Shown: piece after piece, positions 9,607-19,581 of the stretch | Position numbering within the stretch: the first letter of the stretch is position 1 | Layout of the letters: every line of letters begins with the position of its first letter | Virus record (IMG/VR): IMGVR_UViG_3300027896_000016 | Origin: an uncultured virus (IMG/VR IMGVR_UViG_3300027896_000016) | Taxonomy: Duplodnaviria; Heunggongvirae; Uroviricota; Caudoviricetes | Direction: 5' to 3' (one strand) | DNA: 64,000 bases | Made by a program: the position numbers and the translations under genes | Notes under the pieces: generated by a model | The model's database searches: none | The model's input: only the letters and a program-made list of their open reading frames with translations | What the model was told of the DNA's origin: nothing

Positions 9607-9613
9607 AAATTGC

Positions 9614-10126
9614 CTACTTCTTAAAAAGTTTATAAATTAGCCACGCGCCAAGACCAATCAAAGCAGCAGTTCCCAAATTCATAGGCCAATTTACGCCGCT
9701 TGCTGGCACATCGCCCAAACCACTTAAATCGCGCTTGTTTTTTTCGGTCACATTAAAATAACTCTTGAAATTACTAGCAGCCGGATAGTATGGTTCTTGG
9801 TCTAGAACTTCGCTGTCTATATTATCATCTCGCATAGAAGGATCGTCAGAGTCTTCATAACTTAGTTCTTTGGGATCTTGTGAAATATAATCGGGATCGT
9901 AATGCGTTTCTGTCGATTTTTCTTTAATTTGCGGATCTATCATCGGTGGGGGCATGATAGCCCGATTTTCTTCGATAAGTTCCATATCGGTTTTGTTAGT
10001 ATCTTCTCTTGGCTCATAGTACGGAAAATTAGATTCTGAGGGCCAATTTTCGGGCCGCATAACGTCTTTCTTGGTCAAAACCCGATAAGAATCTTTGAGT
10101 CTGTCGCCTTGCGTGTAGTAGGACAT
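9614..10126 (-). CDS. acidic protein with C-terminal TM
   Basis: DLSGLGD followed by TM and KK. Confidence 0.75.
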   Translation of the reverse strand: MSYYTQGDRLKDSYRVLTKKDVMRPENWPSESNFPYYEPREDTNKTDMELIEENRAIMPPPMIDPQIKEKSTETHYDPDYISQDPKELSYEDSDDPSMRDDNIDSEVLDQEPYYPAASNFKSYFNVTEKNKRDLSGLGDVPASGVNWPMNLGTAALIGLGAWLIYKLFKK

Positions 10127-10145
10127 TTGCTATACTCCTATTCTA

Positions 10146-11384
10146 TTAGTCACTAACACCTATGCCTAGTTCTTTAAGTTTTTTATTGACTTTTTTGATA
10201 CACTTTAATCTTATTTCGTTTTTAATTCTTTCATAATTATGATTATCTTTTACAATTTCATAACTTAGATCTATATTTATTAAATCACTTAATTCTAACG
10301 TATCAGAACAAAGATATTGAAGATTTTTACAACGATCTAAAATTTCATAATAATATTCTTCTAATTCTACAATTAAATCGCCATATTGCTTAGAATCTAT
10401 ATTTTTGCCTTTAAATAAATCATAGTCTTTTAGAAATCTATTATCTATCTGATTAAGTTCTAATCGAATAAAATTTATTATACGCCGATTTTCTTTTAGC
10501 CAATCCAAAGTTTTGAGCCATTGGCCAATGCGTTTTTTATAAGTCAATTTCGGATCACTATTGCCATAGCCGCGAATTTCTCTCGCAAAATATTGACCTT
10601 CCGTATCTCTACTTAAATTTATTGTAACATGTGGCATATTTTCATCATCACGCAAACTAAATATTCGTCTTTCTTTTGTTTTGACAAATTGATAGTAAGC
10701 TCCTACACAGTTATGCATTAAATTACCTTCTACTTCTAAGTCATGAGCACTTGTAATTTTTATAATGAACCAATTGTCAGGATAAACAAATTGTATAAGA
10801 TCTTTGTCTATTGGATCATACTTATTATGCTTAGTTAAAATATCTTTATGCCATTGTAATGTTTCTTTTTGGGCTTGCACAAAATCATAACTGGCGATTT
10901 TTGGTTTCTTATCCTCATACCAATCGTAAATTTCGTTAATTAAATTATCAAAATGTAATCCTCGAAAATTTGCGCAATTTTCAAAATCAAGATATTTAAT
11001 TTCATTAGTTTCTGGAATAACAATTGGAAATTTATGTATAAGATAAGTTTCATCTACAAATTCTACTATTTTACCAGTTCTATATTTAAGCAATTGCGTT
11101 TTTAGCCAATGATAAAAATCCGAGTCTACGTTATTATACCTATAAATATTAAGTATGTTCTCTTCATCATAATCCCAAGTTATTTCTTTTGGGCCGAAAC
11201 TTTCGGCTAAGTCTTTAATTTCGGCCAATGCCAAATTTTTATTCTTACGCAGTTCATTTACTATCTTGCCTTGTATCTTGCTATCGGCCAAATTTTTGAC
11301 AAACGTTATGATCTCTTGCGATATGCCTAATTTCGCAAGGTAATCGTCAACCGGGTTACGCCTATATCTACAAGCTCGCAACAT
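10146..11384 (-). CDS. PcfJ-like domain protein (paralog 2)
   Basis: EGNLMHNCVGAY...FSLRD..NMPHVT; N-terminal RYRRNP. Confidence 0.75.
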   Translation of the reverse strand: MLRACRYRRNPVDDYLAKLGISQEIITFVKNLADSKIQGKIVNELRKNKNLALAEIKDLAESFGPKEITWDYDEENILNIYRYNNVDSDFYHWLKTQLLKYRTGKIVEFVDETYLIHKFPIVIPETNEIKYLDFENCANFRGLHFDNLINEIYDWYEDKKPKIASYDFVQAQKETLQWHKDILTKHNKYDPIDKDLIQFVYPDNWFIIKITSAHDLEVEGNLMHNCVGAYYQFVKTKERRIFSLRDDENMPHVTINLSRDTEGQYFAREIRGYGNSDPKLTYKKRIGQWLKTLDWLKENRRIINFIRLELNQIDNRFLKDYDLFKGKNIDSKQYGDLIVELEEYYYEILDRCKNLQYLCSDTLELSDLINIDLSYEIVKDNHNYERIKNEIRLKCIKKVNKKLKELGIGVSD

Positions 11385-12483
11385 TTTGCATGATTTCCAA
11401 GAAATTCTCGCTGTCGCTCTTTGCTAAATCTACTAAGCTATCTACCAAAGACCTGCCTTTATAAGCGCCCAAAAGTTTTCGCCATAACTCTGTGCCAATT
11501 TGTATTTCCCACGGCTCGTAAACCAATTTATCGGCTGTCTGTATAACTTTCAGATTTTGTTCGTAGTCTAAATTGCTCAAACCGTGCATCATTAGTAATT
11601 CTATCACGCCTTTGGTTAACTCTTACATCAAGATCGGGAAACAAACACCTTGCGCTGTCACCGTTGCCTGTTCTTGATTATCATATTCTATTTGCTCAAG
11701 GCCAGTCGCATTTTCGACCAATTGCATTCCATCACTAGGTTCCGTAGGCAAATCCATTGACCAATATATTAGCATAACACCTAGAATTAAATTATCATAA
11801 AGAGTCACTAGTCGATCATCTATATTATCCAAATCTTCTTTTACCATATGATGCGCCGATAACATAATATGAACTGCACCGCCTTGGGTCAAGATATTGC
11901 AAATTATGCGCTTATTGATTTCGGCCCGGTCTGACTCTGACAATTCACTCGGGTCAAAATCAGCGTTTGTATCTTCATCAAAAAGCTCTTTGCTGACCGG
12001 GCCGATTTCGCCGTTTAGCCTATCGGGCAGAATGCCCCATAATTTTATTGTTATGTCTTTGGCCAAGGCTTCTAATTGGCCTTTATTTTCCCTTTCGATG
12101 CCCTGAATTTCACGATAGCAATTATAAACATGCGCCATGTCTATATTAAGATTTTTGGCATGTACTTTGTTCGCTACATACCCAAAACTTTCGCGGCTAA
12201 GGCGCAAACCGTTAGAAACTAAAAGCGCATTCTGGCCGAACAAGTGTCCCGAATCTCGCAAGCCGCGCCAAAATGCGATAATTTGCCTATTGGCGTAATT
12301 CTCGAAAGTTAGCTGATTGCGCCGATAGAGAATAGCTTTTGGTTTCGGCAATATGTGCGGTTTCGGCACGTTAAACGGGTCGCGCTTGGGACTAGGTGCC
12401 GGTCCCGGTCTAGTAGGGCTTGGCGCGGGCCTAGTTATCGGTTCTTTAACCGGAGCCACGGGATTATAACGTCTACGGGACAT
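11368..12483 (-). pseudogene. single gene interrupted by an in-frame TAA at 11623-11625
   Basis: reads FPILM*ELTKGVIELLMMHG in one frame; 1116 nt = 372 codons. Confidence 0.75.
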
Positions 12484-12498
12484 TTTGATACTCCTATA

Positions 12499-13017
12499 TT
12501 ATATGGCTATTTGATTCAAAAGAGTAAAGAACTGTCTGCCACTAGGAGTCTTAAGGCTATTAATATAATTTACAAAATTAGTATCTATTGGAATCTTTAG
12601 TTCGCTTAAATGTATTCTATAACCAGTACCACCACCTATCATTCCAACTGGCGGCTTACTAATTATATATTTTTGATCTTTGGGATTGACACCTGTTTTT
12701 GCATAAAAATCGTTAAATTGCGCCTGTGTCAAAGTTTCATTTGGGCTAAGAGATGCATTTGTGTAATATTCCATATAACTAAATAATGGTTGTGTTGGAG
12801 TAACCGGTACGGATTGTATAATGTTTCTTATTGGTGTTATTATATTGTCTAGCCAACTTATTTGGGTCGGTGCGATTGGTGTAGGTGTAGGCTGTATAGG
12901 TGTTGTCGAAACACCCGTAAAATATTTCTTATAAATATAATAGCCCACTACGGCCATAACACCTAATATGGCCACGTCAAAAATTGCGCCATTGGGCCGA
13001 AATTTTCGTCGCGCCAT
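12499..13017 (-). CDS. N-terminally anchored membrane protein
   Basis: MARRKFRPNG, TM, YKKY, Pro/Thr-rich linker. Confidence 0.75.
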   Translation of the reverse strand: MARRKFRPNGAIFDVAILGVMAVVGYYIYKKYFTGVSTTPIQPTPTPIAPTQISWLDNIITPIRNIIQSVPVTPTQPLFSYMEYYTNASLSPNETLTQAQFNDFYAKTGVNPKDQKYIISKPPVGMIGGGTGYRIHLSELKIPIDTNFVNYINSLKTPSGRQFFTLLNQIAI

Positions 13018-13295
13018 TATTTAATTGCCTTTTTCATGACATTATAGCCGACCAAACTAATAACGGCAATTACTGTCCCAAGTAAGGCATAATCCAGCCA
13101 AGTTTTCTTATAGGCCAAATTGGCCATTTTTGTTTGCCGCGCCAATTCTGCTTGTTTCTTGGGACTCGCGCCACCTGTCGCGGGTGCTTGACTGCCTTGC
13201 GTCATGCCTACAACGGTCTTGGCAACGCCAGCGGCGGCAGTTAGCCCTTGCGTCAGTGCGCCCCAATCGAAACCTGTCGCGCCGTCACCTAACAT
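13017..13295 (-). CDS. small C-terminal TM protein
   Basis: MLGDG start; C-terminal hydrophobic helix followed by KK. Confidence 0.75.
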   Translation of the reverse strand: MLGDGATGFDWGALTQGLTAAAGVAKTVVGMTQGSQAPATGGASPKKQAELARQTKMANLAYKKTWLDYALLGTVIAVISLVGYNVMKKAIK

Positions 13296-13316
13296 TCTAT
13301 ACTCCTACTTATACAC

Positions 13317-13772
13317 CTATTCTAGACGTTCAACATTAAAATCCGGCTCAGTGTCAATTATTTCTTGTTCAGATTCTTCGTCGCCATCAGCCGATTGGGC
13401 TTCTTCTGCGCCTTCGTCGGGTTGTTCAATAATTTCGTCGTCTGCTTGGTCAAAACTTTGTTCGACTTGCTCGTTAAAGTTTGCTTGATCCAAAGTCGCC
13501 ACCATTTGCGTAAGTTCTTCGGCAAGTTCTTTCGCATCTTCAATTTGGGCAAATCTTGGATTGGCAATAATGCGATCAACGACCTTTTCGAAAAGATCTT
13601 CGTGGCCGTCGCAATCGTATTCGTCTGGATCTATTAATTTATTTTCGGCGGCGAGCAATATGACCAAACTATGCAAGCCTTGAAGGGCCGATCCGTAGAG
13701 TTTTTCTTGCATAAGAAACGGCTTGATCTCTTCCAGCACTAACCCGTAGGTCGCAACAGTGTTCGCTATCAT
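13317..13772 (-). CDS. acidic hypothetical protein
   Basis: RBS AAGGAG; D/E-rich C-terminus. Confidence 0.7.
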   Translation of the reverse strand: MIANTVATYGLVLEEIKPFLMQEKLYGSALQGLHSLVILLAAENKLIDPDEYDCDGHEDLFEKVVDRIIANPRFAQIEDAKELAEELTQMVATLDQANFNEQVEQSFDQADDEIIEQPDEGAEEAQSADGDEESEQEIIDTEPDFNVERLE

Positions 13773-13835
13773 CTTTTGTCTCCTTGCGCCCGCGAGGGCA
13801 TGTTTGGTCCCAATGGGACATGATCTAACAAATTG

Positions 13836-14060
13836 CTATTTCCCTGCTTTTACTCCCGTCAGCGCGCCAAAATACGCACTAACAAAAACAACAAACGCCA
13901 AACCGGCGACAATCGTGTATTTATTCTCTAAGAACCAATCAATATCGGGACTAGCCGCGTTATATTGCGCTATTGCTTTTGTCAAAGTCGGCTGCGCTTC
14001 TTGCAATGCGCCCGCCGCATCTGAGATGTTTGTCAGTAAATTTGCCGCTACGTTGGCCAT
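13836..14060 (-). CDS. small C-terminal TM protein
   Basis: RBS AGGGG; TM YTIVAGLAFVVFVSAYFG. Confidence 0.7.
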   Translation of the reverse strand: MANVAANLLTNISDAAGALQEAQPTLTKAIAQYNAASPDIDWFLENKYTIVAGLAFVVFVSAYFGALTGVKAGK

Positions 14061-14075
14061 TGTCGCCCCTTTCCG

Positions 14076-14419
14076 TTATTCCTCAATGCATCTTTTAGAC
14101 TGAAGATCTTCAACTATAAGAGAACATGCATCACTATCTACTGCATCGACAACCCATTCTGGAAATAATTCTCTAGATTCTGTAGATGCTGCCAAAAAGT
14201 CTAATAAAGATTCTAAACCCATTTGTAAATCACCACCGTCACAACCTGACTGTAAATCTTCTTTTATATAGCTTTTTCTTTTACTATCCAGATAATATTT
14301 ATATCTAGTCCTGCCTTCATCTCCTGATTTTTAGAATATTCTATACTTACTTCCAGATCACCACAGCGAACACCGGGTAGCAATCTTGATGTAATAATAA
14401 CAGGATCTTCTAAACGCAT
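14076..14419 (-). pseudogene. hypothetical phage gene with a 1-nt deletion in an A-run at 14328-14332
   Basis: MRLEDPVIITSRLLPGVRCGD...EYSK continues in another frame as SGDEGRTRYKYYLD...DLQSGCDGGDLQ; 344 nt (one short of a codon multiple); fills the gap between neighbours. Confidence 0.7.
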
Positions 14420-14420
14420 T

Positions 14421-14963
14421 TTACGCTCCTACTGTCATTAGATTGCTTGCTTTTGCCGCTCGCTTGTCCTCAGAGTTAAGCCAATATATACCTACTATTG
14501 CTATCGCCGCTGCGTCGGCTTCGTGTTCTGTAATATTGGCTTCTAGGCCGAACATGTCTTTTATTTTGGCTATCATATCTAACTTAGAACTTAGGCCATA
14601 ATCTGTCAAAGCCTTTTTAACAACATTCGGCAATATTTCGATAAGTCTAATTTTATTATCAAATGCACAAAGTTTAATCACGCCTATATTTTCTGTTATA
14701 TTATTGCCAACAAAGCTAATATGGGCATTTATTGATTTTTCTATGACCAAAATATTTAGCTTATTGTTAACTATAAGCTCTTGTGTCTTGTTATATAATA
14801 ACCTAAAACGCTCGGGGTCTTTCTCTTCACCTAAGAACTTAAATAGGCTTATATCTAGTAATTTTGCTGCACCGTCACTAAATTCCAAGGCGCATAGGCC
14901 GAAATTTCTGAAACTTGCGGGATCTATGCCGCCTATGCGAATATTATTGTATAAACTAGGCAT
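14421..14963 (-). CDS. ruvC: RuvC-like Holliday junction resolvase
   Basis: GIDPA, LVIEK, P..VKKALT.YG..SK, HEADAAAIA. Confidence 0.85.
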   Translation of the reverse strand: MPSLYNNIRIGGIDPASFRNFGLCALEFSDGAAKLLDISLFKFLGEEKDPERFRLLYNKTQELIVNNKLNILVIEKSINAHISFVGNNITENIGVIKLCAFDNKIRLIEILPNVVKKALTDYGLSSKLDMIAKIKDMFGLEANITEHEADAAAIAIVGIYWLNSEDKRAAKASNLMTVGA

Positions 14964-15502
14964 TATAACAAGCCTTTCTTTTTTAGTTCTGTTACAAATT
15001 GTACAAAACGCTCATCATAAAGAGCTAATAATTTTATGACAGATAAATAATGATTATATAAATTTTTGTTCTTTTCCTTATATTCTTCGGCAGTATTTAT
15101 ATATAAAGTACCTAATGTTGGTATAACTTCAAACATGTTAGTATTTAACGCAAAAAAGTGAAACAAATCATAACTATCTTCTCTAGACATCTTGTTTAAT
15201 TCATTGTAAAAATGTAAATTTTTGACATCATCTAATAAATAAAGATTTTCTATATTTAATTTTTTTATTGCATCTTGTGCCAAACGACATGACCCCATAT
15301 TAAATTCACATATAGCTACCGATCCTATCATTCCTATATCTGTTACTTGATCTTTAAGTGTTTGTGAAAAGCGCCAATAGTTTTCGAACCAATTAGATAA
15401 ACCATACTTATTAACTAACCACGTAAAGTAAATATTGATATTAATATCTGGCACTTTCTTACCAGATTTCCTAAAATCTATGTTTTGCTTATAACTAGCC
15501 AT
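14963..15502 (-). CDS. hypothetical protein
   Basis: 179-aa ORF coupled to ruvC. Confidence 0.65.
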   Translation of the reverse strand: MASYKQNIDFRKSGKKVPDININIYFTWLVNKYGLSNWFENYWRFSQTLKDQVTDIGMIGSVAICEFNMGSCRLAQDAIKKLNIENLYLLDDVKNLHFYNELNKMSREDSYDLFHFFALNTNMFEVIPTLGTLYINTAEEYKEKNKNLYNHYLSVIKLLALYDERFVQFVTELKKKGLL

Positions 15503-15505
15503 TAT

Positions 15506-16696
15506 TTATCGCCTAGATTTGCGCCTTCGGCCCCGATTAGATTTAATCGGCGCTGGCAGTATACCCTTAACTGTATCGGTCAAAGATTTCGTAACGCCGG
15601 GAGAACCTTTAGATTTGTACTTTTTTGCCGCCAAATAAACTATTACTGGTACACCTATAACCAATGCCGCGATTGCGACCCATTTGATAGAACTGGTCAT
15701 GCCACTAAGAATACCGCCTGAAGTATCCGTTTCGCCAATCAATTGCAATATATTCGCGCGTTGCGCGTCACTAAGATTAGGATTTTCTAACTGTTGCTGA
15801 TATATCGCCAATTTTGCCTTGTCAACTGTGGTCCAAATATAAACGCAAAGCGGCGTGGCGATACAAATAGCCGTGAATGCCACAGCAATTGCAATTGCGG
15901 CAAGCGCGACCATGCCCGCAACGACTAAGCCGCCAATTACCAATGGCGCTACGCCCAAATCACCAAGGCCGGAAACGCCGCCTGTTTGGGGATTCAGGCC
16001 CGCATTGGCCAATTTTTGCTGTACGTAAGTATACTGATAATCTGCCTGTGCATTGTTAATCTGTATTTGGTTCAAAGTATCGAGATCAAAAGCGCTCGGA
16101 TTTTGCATGGCCCAATTGTAAGAGTCTTTTGCTTTCGCGTAATTGTCATAGAATTCGTTCAATTTATCCGAAAAATTGCCCGCGATAAAGCCGACCAAAT
16201 CACTTTGGCCCTTCTTAAGAATGCTATAAGCCGAATCCCAAAAGCCGTCATAGAGACTTATAGCCGATCCCGCGATTGCATCGGCACTGGCGCGGTCGTA
16301 AATTTGGCCGATCTTAAGAGCATTAATATAGAAACCATAAAATCCGTTATAGTCCCACCAATAACGTCGCGCTTCTATTTCTAATTGATCGGTAGTGTTC
16401 AGGAAACTAGGGCGAAAAACGAATCCGCCCGCCGCGAGAGATTGCGCGCATACATATTCTCTGTCGCCAATACGCCCGCTGCTATGGGCCGATTCGATAA
16501 GACCCATTAGCTGATTATATAACATTTGTTTCATGTCGAGCGGCATGGATTCGCTCAAATAAAGCTGCGAAGCCATTACAGTGCCCGACATATCGCTAAA
16601 TGTACTGCGCAACGAATTAAGATTGCCTTGCACTTGCTGCGAAAATGCCGAATAATTTCCGCCATAATTAGCAGTAATCACGTCTTGGATTGCCAT
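15506..16696 (-). CDS. membrane-associated virion-type protein
   Basis: VSGLGDLG, long hydrophobic segment, second TM, tail KSNRGRRRKSRR. Confidence 0.75.
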   Translation of the reverse strand: MAIQDVITANYGGNYSAFSQQVQGNLNSLRSTFSDMSGTVMASQLYLSESMPLDMKQMLYNQLMGLIESAHSSGRIGDREYVCAQSLAAGGFVFRPSFLNTTDQLEIEARRYWWDYNGFYGFYINALKIGQIYDRASADAIAGSAISLYDGFWDSAYSILKKGQSDLVGFIAGNFSDKLNEFYDNYAKAKDSYNWAMQNPSAFDLDTLNQIQINNAQADYQYTYVQQKLANAGLNPQTGGVSGLGDLGVAPLVIGGLVVAGMVALAAIAIAVAFTAICIATPLCVYIWTTVDKAKLAIYQQQLENPNLSDAQRANILQLIGETDTSGGILSGMTSSIKWVAIAALVIGVPVIVYLAAKKYKSKGSPGVTKSLTDTVKGILPAPIKSNRGRRRKSRR

Positions 16697-16725
16697 GTTG
16701 CCCTCGCCGCGCCCACCGCGAAAAA

Positions 16726-16962
16726 TTAACCAACTCTTGTTATGTAAAAGACCGCACTTGGCCTATTAGCGTCGTAGAAAATGTGTCTTTGGCCGGGCAT
16801 TTTTATATAATCAACGTTACCCAAAGTCTCTAGCGCGTCGATTTTACTTCGCGCCTTGATAATTACGGGCCGCTTAAAAACAGCCGCGTCCAAAAGATCG
16901 CTTACGGAGCAATAGCGCAATTTGCGCCAGTCGATATTTGATTTTAGCACTTCGAAGATCAT
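16726..16962 (-). CDS. hypothetical protein
   Basis: probable start MIFEVLK just after the upstream stop. Confidence 0.55.
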   Translation of the reverse strand: MIFEVLKSNIDWRKLRYCSVSDLLDAAVFKRPVIIKARSKIDALETLGNVDYIKMPGQRHIFYDANRPSAVFYITRVG

Positions 16963-16969
16963 GTTTGGC

Positions 16970-17410
16970 CTATTCTTTCTTAGTGTCGAAAGATGCCGCA
17001 GTGGCATTTGCAAGTTTTGCTTCATAAAATCTAAGTCCAATATAACCGGCAGAAAGCAAGGTTACTACAGCACCAAGAACGGCAATTAATTTAATAACAA
17101 TTGGCATTGGTACATTATTATTATTGTTACTTCTAGGTATTTTCTTAACTTCTTCAACGCCATTATTCGCTCTTTTTACTTCAGCATCAACGCGGGCCAT
17201 TTCAGCGGTAATTCTACCTGCTTCGGCTGAAACTCTACTGGCTTCAGCTTGTCTCCTTTCACTCTCAGTACAGAGAGTTCTAATTTCTACTTCATGTGCT
17301 GATATCATAGAACTACACTTTTTACAGCCTTCGGCAATACCGTCTAAACGAGTATGTACCCTTAGAAATCCATCTTCTACAGTCTTGCGTAAATCGCCAA
17401 GATCGCTCAT
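16970..17410 (-). CDS. coiled-coil protein with C-terminal TM (XhlA/holin-like architecture)
   Basis: heptad region, CKKC, then TM. Confidence 0.6.
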   Translation of the reverse strand: MSDLGDLRKTVEDGFLRVHTRLDGIAEGCKKCSSMISAHEVEIRTLCTESERRQAEASRVSAEAGRITAEMARVDAEVKRANNGVEEVKKIPRSNNNNNVPMPIVIKLIAVLGAVVTLLSAGYIGLRFYEAKLANATAASFDTKKE

Positions 17411-17434
17411 TGGTGATACCCCTATTGTGTTATA

Positions 17435-17761
17435 TTAGTGTGCTCCACCGGATGTCAACAGACCGAGAGATTTGTATCTTGCCATTATCTCCTGCTTCAT
17501 AAATATTTTCGAAAGACTATCATAAGATGGATTTGCGTCAATAGCCGCTATTTCTGCATCTTGCATTGCCGCCAATTGCTCTTGCTTAATAGCCTGTTCT
17601 TTGGGCATAGCCGGTGCGGCTTCAGGTACAGTTGTCGGGCTAACTTGTGTCGCCGCACTGGTAGTAGTCGCGTTAGCCGTTTTGCCCTTTGTAATCAAAT
17701 AATATATAACATAAATAACCGCAGCTATAGCAAGAACATTAATTATCGTTTCTTTTTTCAT
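17435..17761 (-). CDS. N-terminally anchored membrane protein
   Basis: TM; C-terminal EIAAIDAN..K..MKQEI.RY shared with 17758-18024. Confidence 0.75.
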   Translation of the reverse strand: MKKETIINVLAIAAVIYVIYYLITKGKTANATTTSAATQVSPTTVPEAAPAMPKEQAIKQEQLAAMQDAEIAAIDANPSYDSLSKIFMKQEIMARYKSLGLLTSGGAH

Positions 17762-18024
17762 GACTTCAGGCCCATATAAGAGTACCTAGTGTCTACTTCC
17801 TGTTTCATGAGCAATTTTGCCGCAACGCTCAGAGCATTATTAGTATCAATCATATCAATTTCGGATGCTTTCGCATTGGCCAACTTTTGCTGTTGCAATT
17901 CTTCGGCAGTTGGCAGCATCGGTGTTACAGTAGCCGCAACAACAGGCTTCTTAATAAATATCTTATACACTAAGTAACCTACAACGCCAATAACTGCGAT
18001 TTTTACTATCGTACTAGTATTCAT
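17758..18024 (-). CDS. N-terminally anchored membrane protein, paralog of 17435-17761
   Basis: EIDMIDTN..K..MKQEV.RY. Confidence 0.75.
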   Translation of the reverse strand: MNTSTIVKIAVIGVVGYLVYKIFIKKPVVAATVTPMLPTAEELQQQKLANAKASEIDMIDTNNALSVAAKLLMKQEVDTRYSYMGLKS

Positions 18025-18044
18025 GACTTTCTCCCAATTAAAGA

Positions 18045-18665
18045 TTACACATTCTTCGTAAACGTTGCACTTTGTACACCCGCAATACCCTTGATACCAT
18101 TAATCTGATTTGCATTCAGTGTTTGCAGATTAGTAAAAGACATCTTAACCTGTCGCCTATTTGGATCTACCGTTTGCACATTAGTACCAGTAGTATCGGT
18201 TGTGGTATACTTATAATCCTGATCGTACTGCGTAACGTCAATACCCAATAAACTATTAATCTTAGGAATAACAGTACCTTGATAATTCTTATCATAAATA
18301 ACCGTAATATTATTGACATAGTATGGCGTCACCGCCGGTTGACTAATTGGCTGATAATACTGTTGCTGCGTTGGCGAATAATATTGCGGCTGTTGTGTAT
18401 ATCCAGTCTGTTGCGCTCCATAACCACTACCAGTATCTACACCCTGATTTTGCAATTGTATGGCAGCACTAGTAGAAGTTCCAAATGGATCAAACAGGGT
18501 CGCAAAATATCCTGACTGTGGAACGCCACCCTGCGTAATAATCTCAGTATTTTGCTGAATATACTCTATGTATTTATAGGCTGCATACGCAATGGCAGCA
18601 CCAGCAGCAATATAAAGATAGTTATAGTACTTACTGACTTCAAAATTTCTCTTGTAGCGCGCCAT
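18045..18665 (-). CDS. N-terminally anchored membrane protein
   Basis: MARYKRNF, TM, Q/Y-rich linker. Confidence 0.75.
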   Translation of the reverse strand: MARYKRNFEVSKYYNYLYIAAGAAIAYAAYKYIEYIQQNTEIITQGGVPQSGYFATLFDPFGTSTSAAIQLQNQGVDTGSGYGAQQTGYTQQPQYYSPTQQQYYQPISQPAVTPYYVNNITVIYDKNYQGTVIPKINSLLGIDVTQYDQDYKYTTTDTTGTNVQTVDPNRRQVKMSFTNLQTLNANQINGIKGIAGVQSATFTKNV

Positions 18666-18684
18666 GACTCTTCTCCTAAATTAT

Positions 18685-18903
18685 TTATCCTGGTATTTTG
18701 CTAGCCGCTAAATTTCGATTTTTCTGTTGTGCCGCAATATCTTGTTGTTGCTGCACAGTAGAAACTTGCTGACTTAAAGTATTCACAGCAGTACTCAAAT
18801 TACTAATAGTTGACGCTTGCTGACTAGACGACCAAAGCCGGTAGATAATGTATCCACCGACAGCAAGAACTATCGCACCAATTATTATGGTCGAAGTTTT
18901 CAT
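18685..18903 (-). CDS. small N-terminally anchored membrane protein
   Basis: TM plus Q-rich coil. Confidence 0.7.
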   Translation of the reverse strand: MKTSTIIIGAIVLAVGGYIIYRLWSSSQQASTISNLSTAVNTLSQQVSTVQQQQDIAAQQKNRNLAASKIPG

Positions 18904-18909
18904 TAGTTA

Positions 18910-19185
18910 TTATTCGTCGCTATCTTCAGAATCCAAATCATCTTCAATATCGGGAAGATCAATATCGGTCAAAATAATATCTTCACCGGGATAATAACCT
19001 TCCCATACTAGGCCATAGCCAGAACCGTAGCCGCGCCCACGTCCACCGTGACCATGATGCCCACCATGTCCACCATGACGACCTAAGCCCAATATACCAG
19101 GACCAGAACGAATATACTTTTTATAAAGCAAGTATACGCCAATTCCAGCAAGCGTATAAAGAATCACACTTTTAATACTTGGCAT
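18910..19185 (-). CDS. membrane protein, KKY..GPG.LGLG family
   Basis: TM, GPGILGLG, Gly/His-rich then acidic tail. Confidence 0.75.
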   Translation of the reverse strand: MPSIKSVILYTLAGIGVYLLYKKYIRSGPGILGLGRHGGHGGHHGHGGRGRGYGSGYGLVWEGYYPGEDIILTDIDLPDIEDDLDSEDSDE

Positions 19186-19556
19186 TAGAATTCTTCGTCA
19201 TTGGCTATCATATCGTAGCCATCATAAAAATCGGTCATTTTCTTCGGAACAGAAAAATACCGAGGCATATAAACTCCCGGCTTTTCATCACCACTCGTAT
19301 CGCCAGCAGTATCAGTTTGTGCAGTAGTCGTTGCGCCAGTAGCCGCGTCACTAGCAATAATATCGGCAGCAGCAGTGGCAGCAGTTCCCGCTGGCACGGT
19401 AATAGGCCCACTTTGTTTCTTACCAAAACGGCCCCTGCCACCATGTTTGCCTAATCCCAATAGGCCCGGACCCTTACTTACATATTTCTTATAAAGAATG
19501 TAAGTAACAATTCCGGCCAAACCGTAGGTCAAAATCGTCTTTGTCTTGGATGTCAT
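19185..19556 (-). CDS. membrane protein, KKY..GPG.LGLG family
   Basis: MTSKTK, TM, GPGLLGLG. Confidence 0.75.
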   Translation of the reverse strand: MTSKTKTILTYGLAGIVTYILYKKYVSKGPGLLGLGKHGGRGRFGKKQSGPITVPAGTAATAAADIIASDAATGATTTAQTDTAGDTSGDEKPGVYMPRYFSVPKKMTDFYDGYDMIANDEEF

Positions 19557-19581
19557 GACTTTCTCCTAAAATTAAAAAAGC

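Noticed and set aside
11623..11625. genome-wide stop-codon reassignment
   Set aside because: TAA, TAG and TGA all end genes normally elsewhere, and coding density is high under the standard code.
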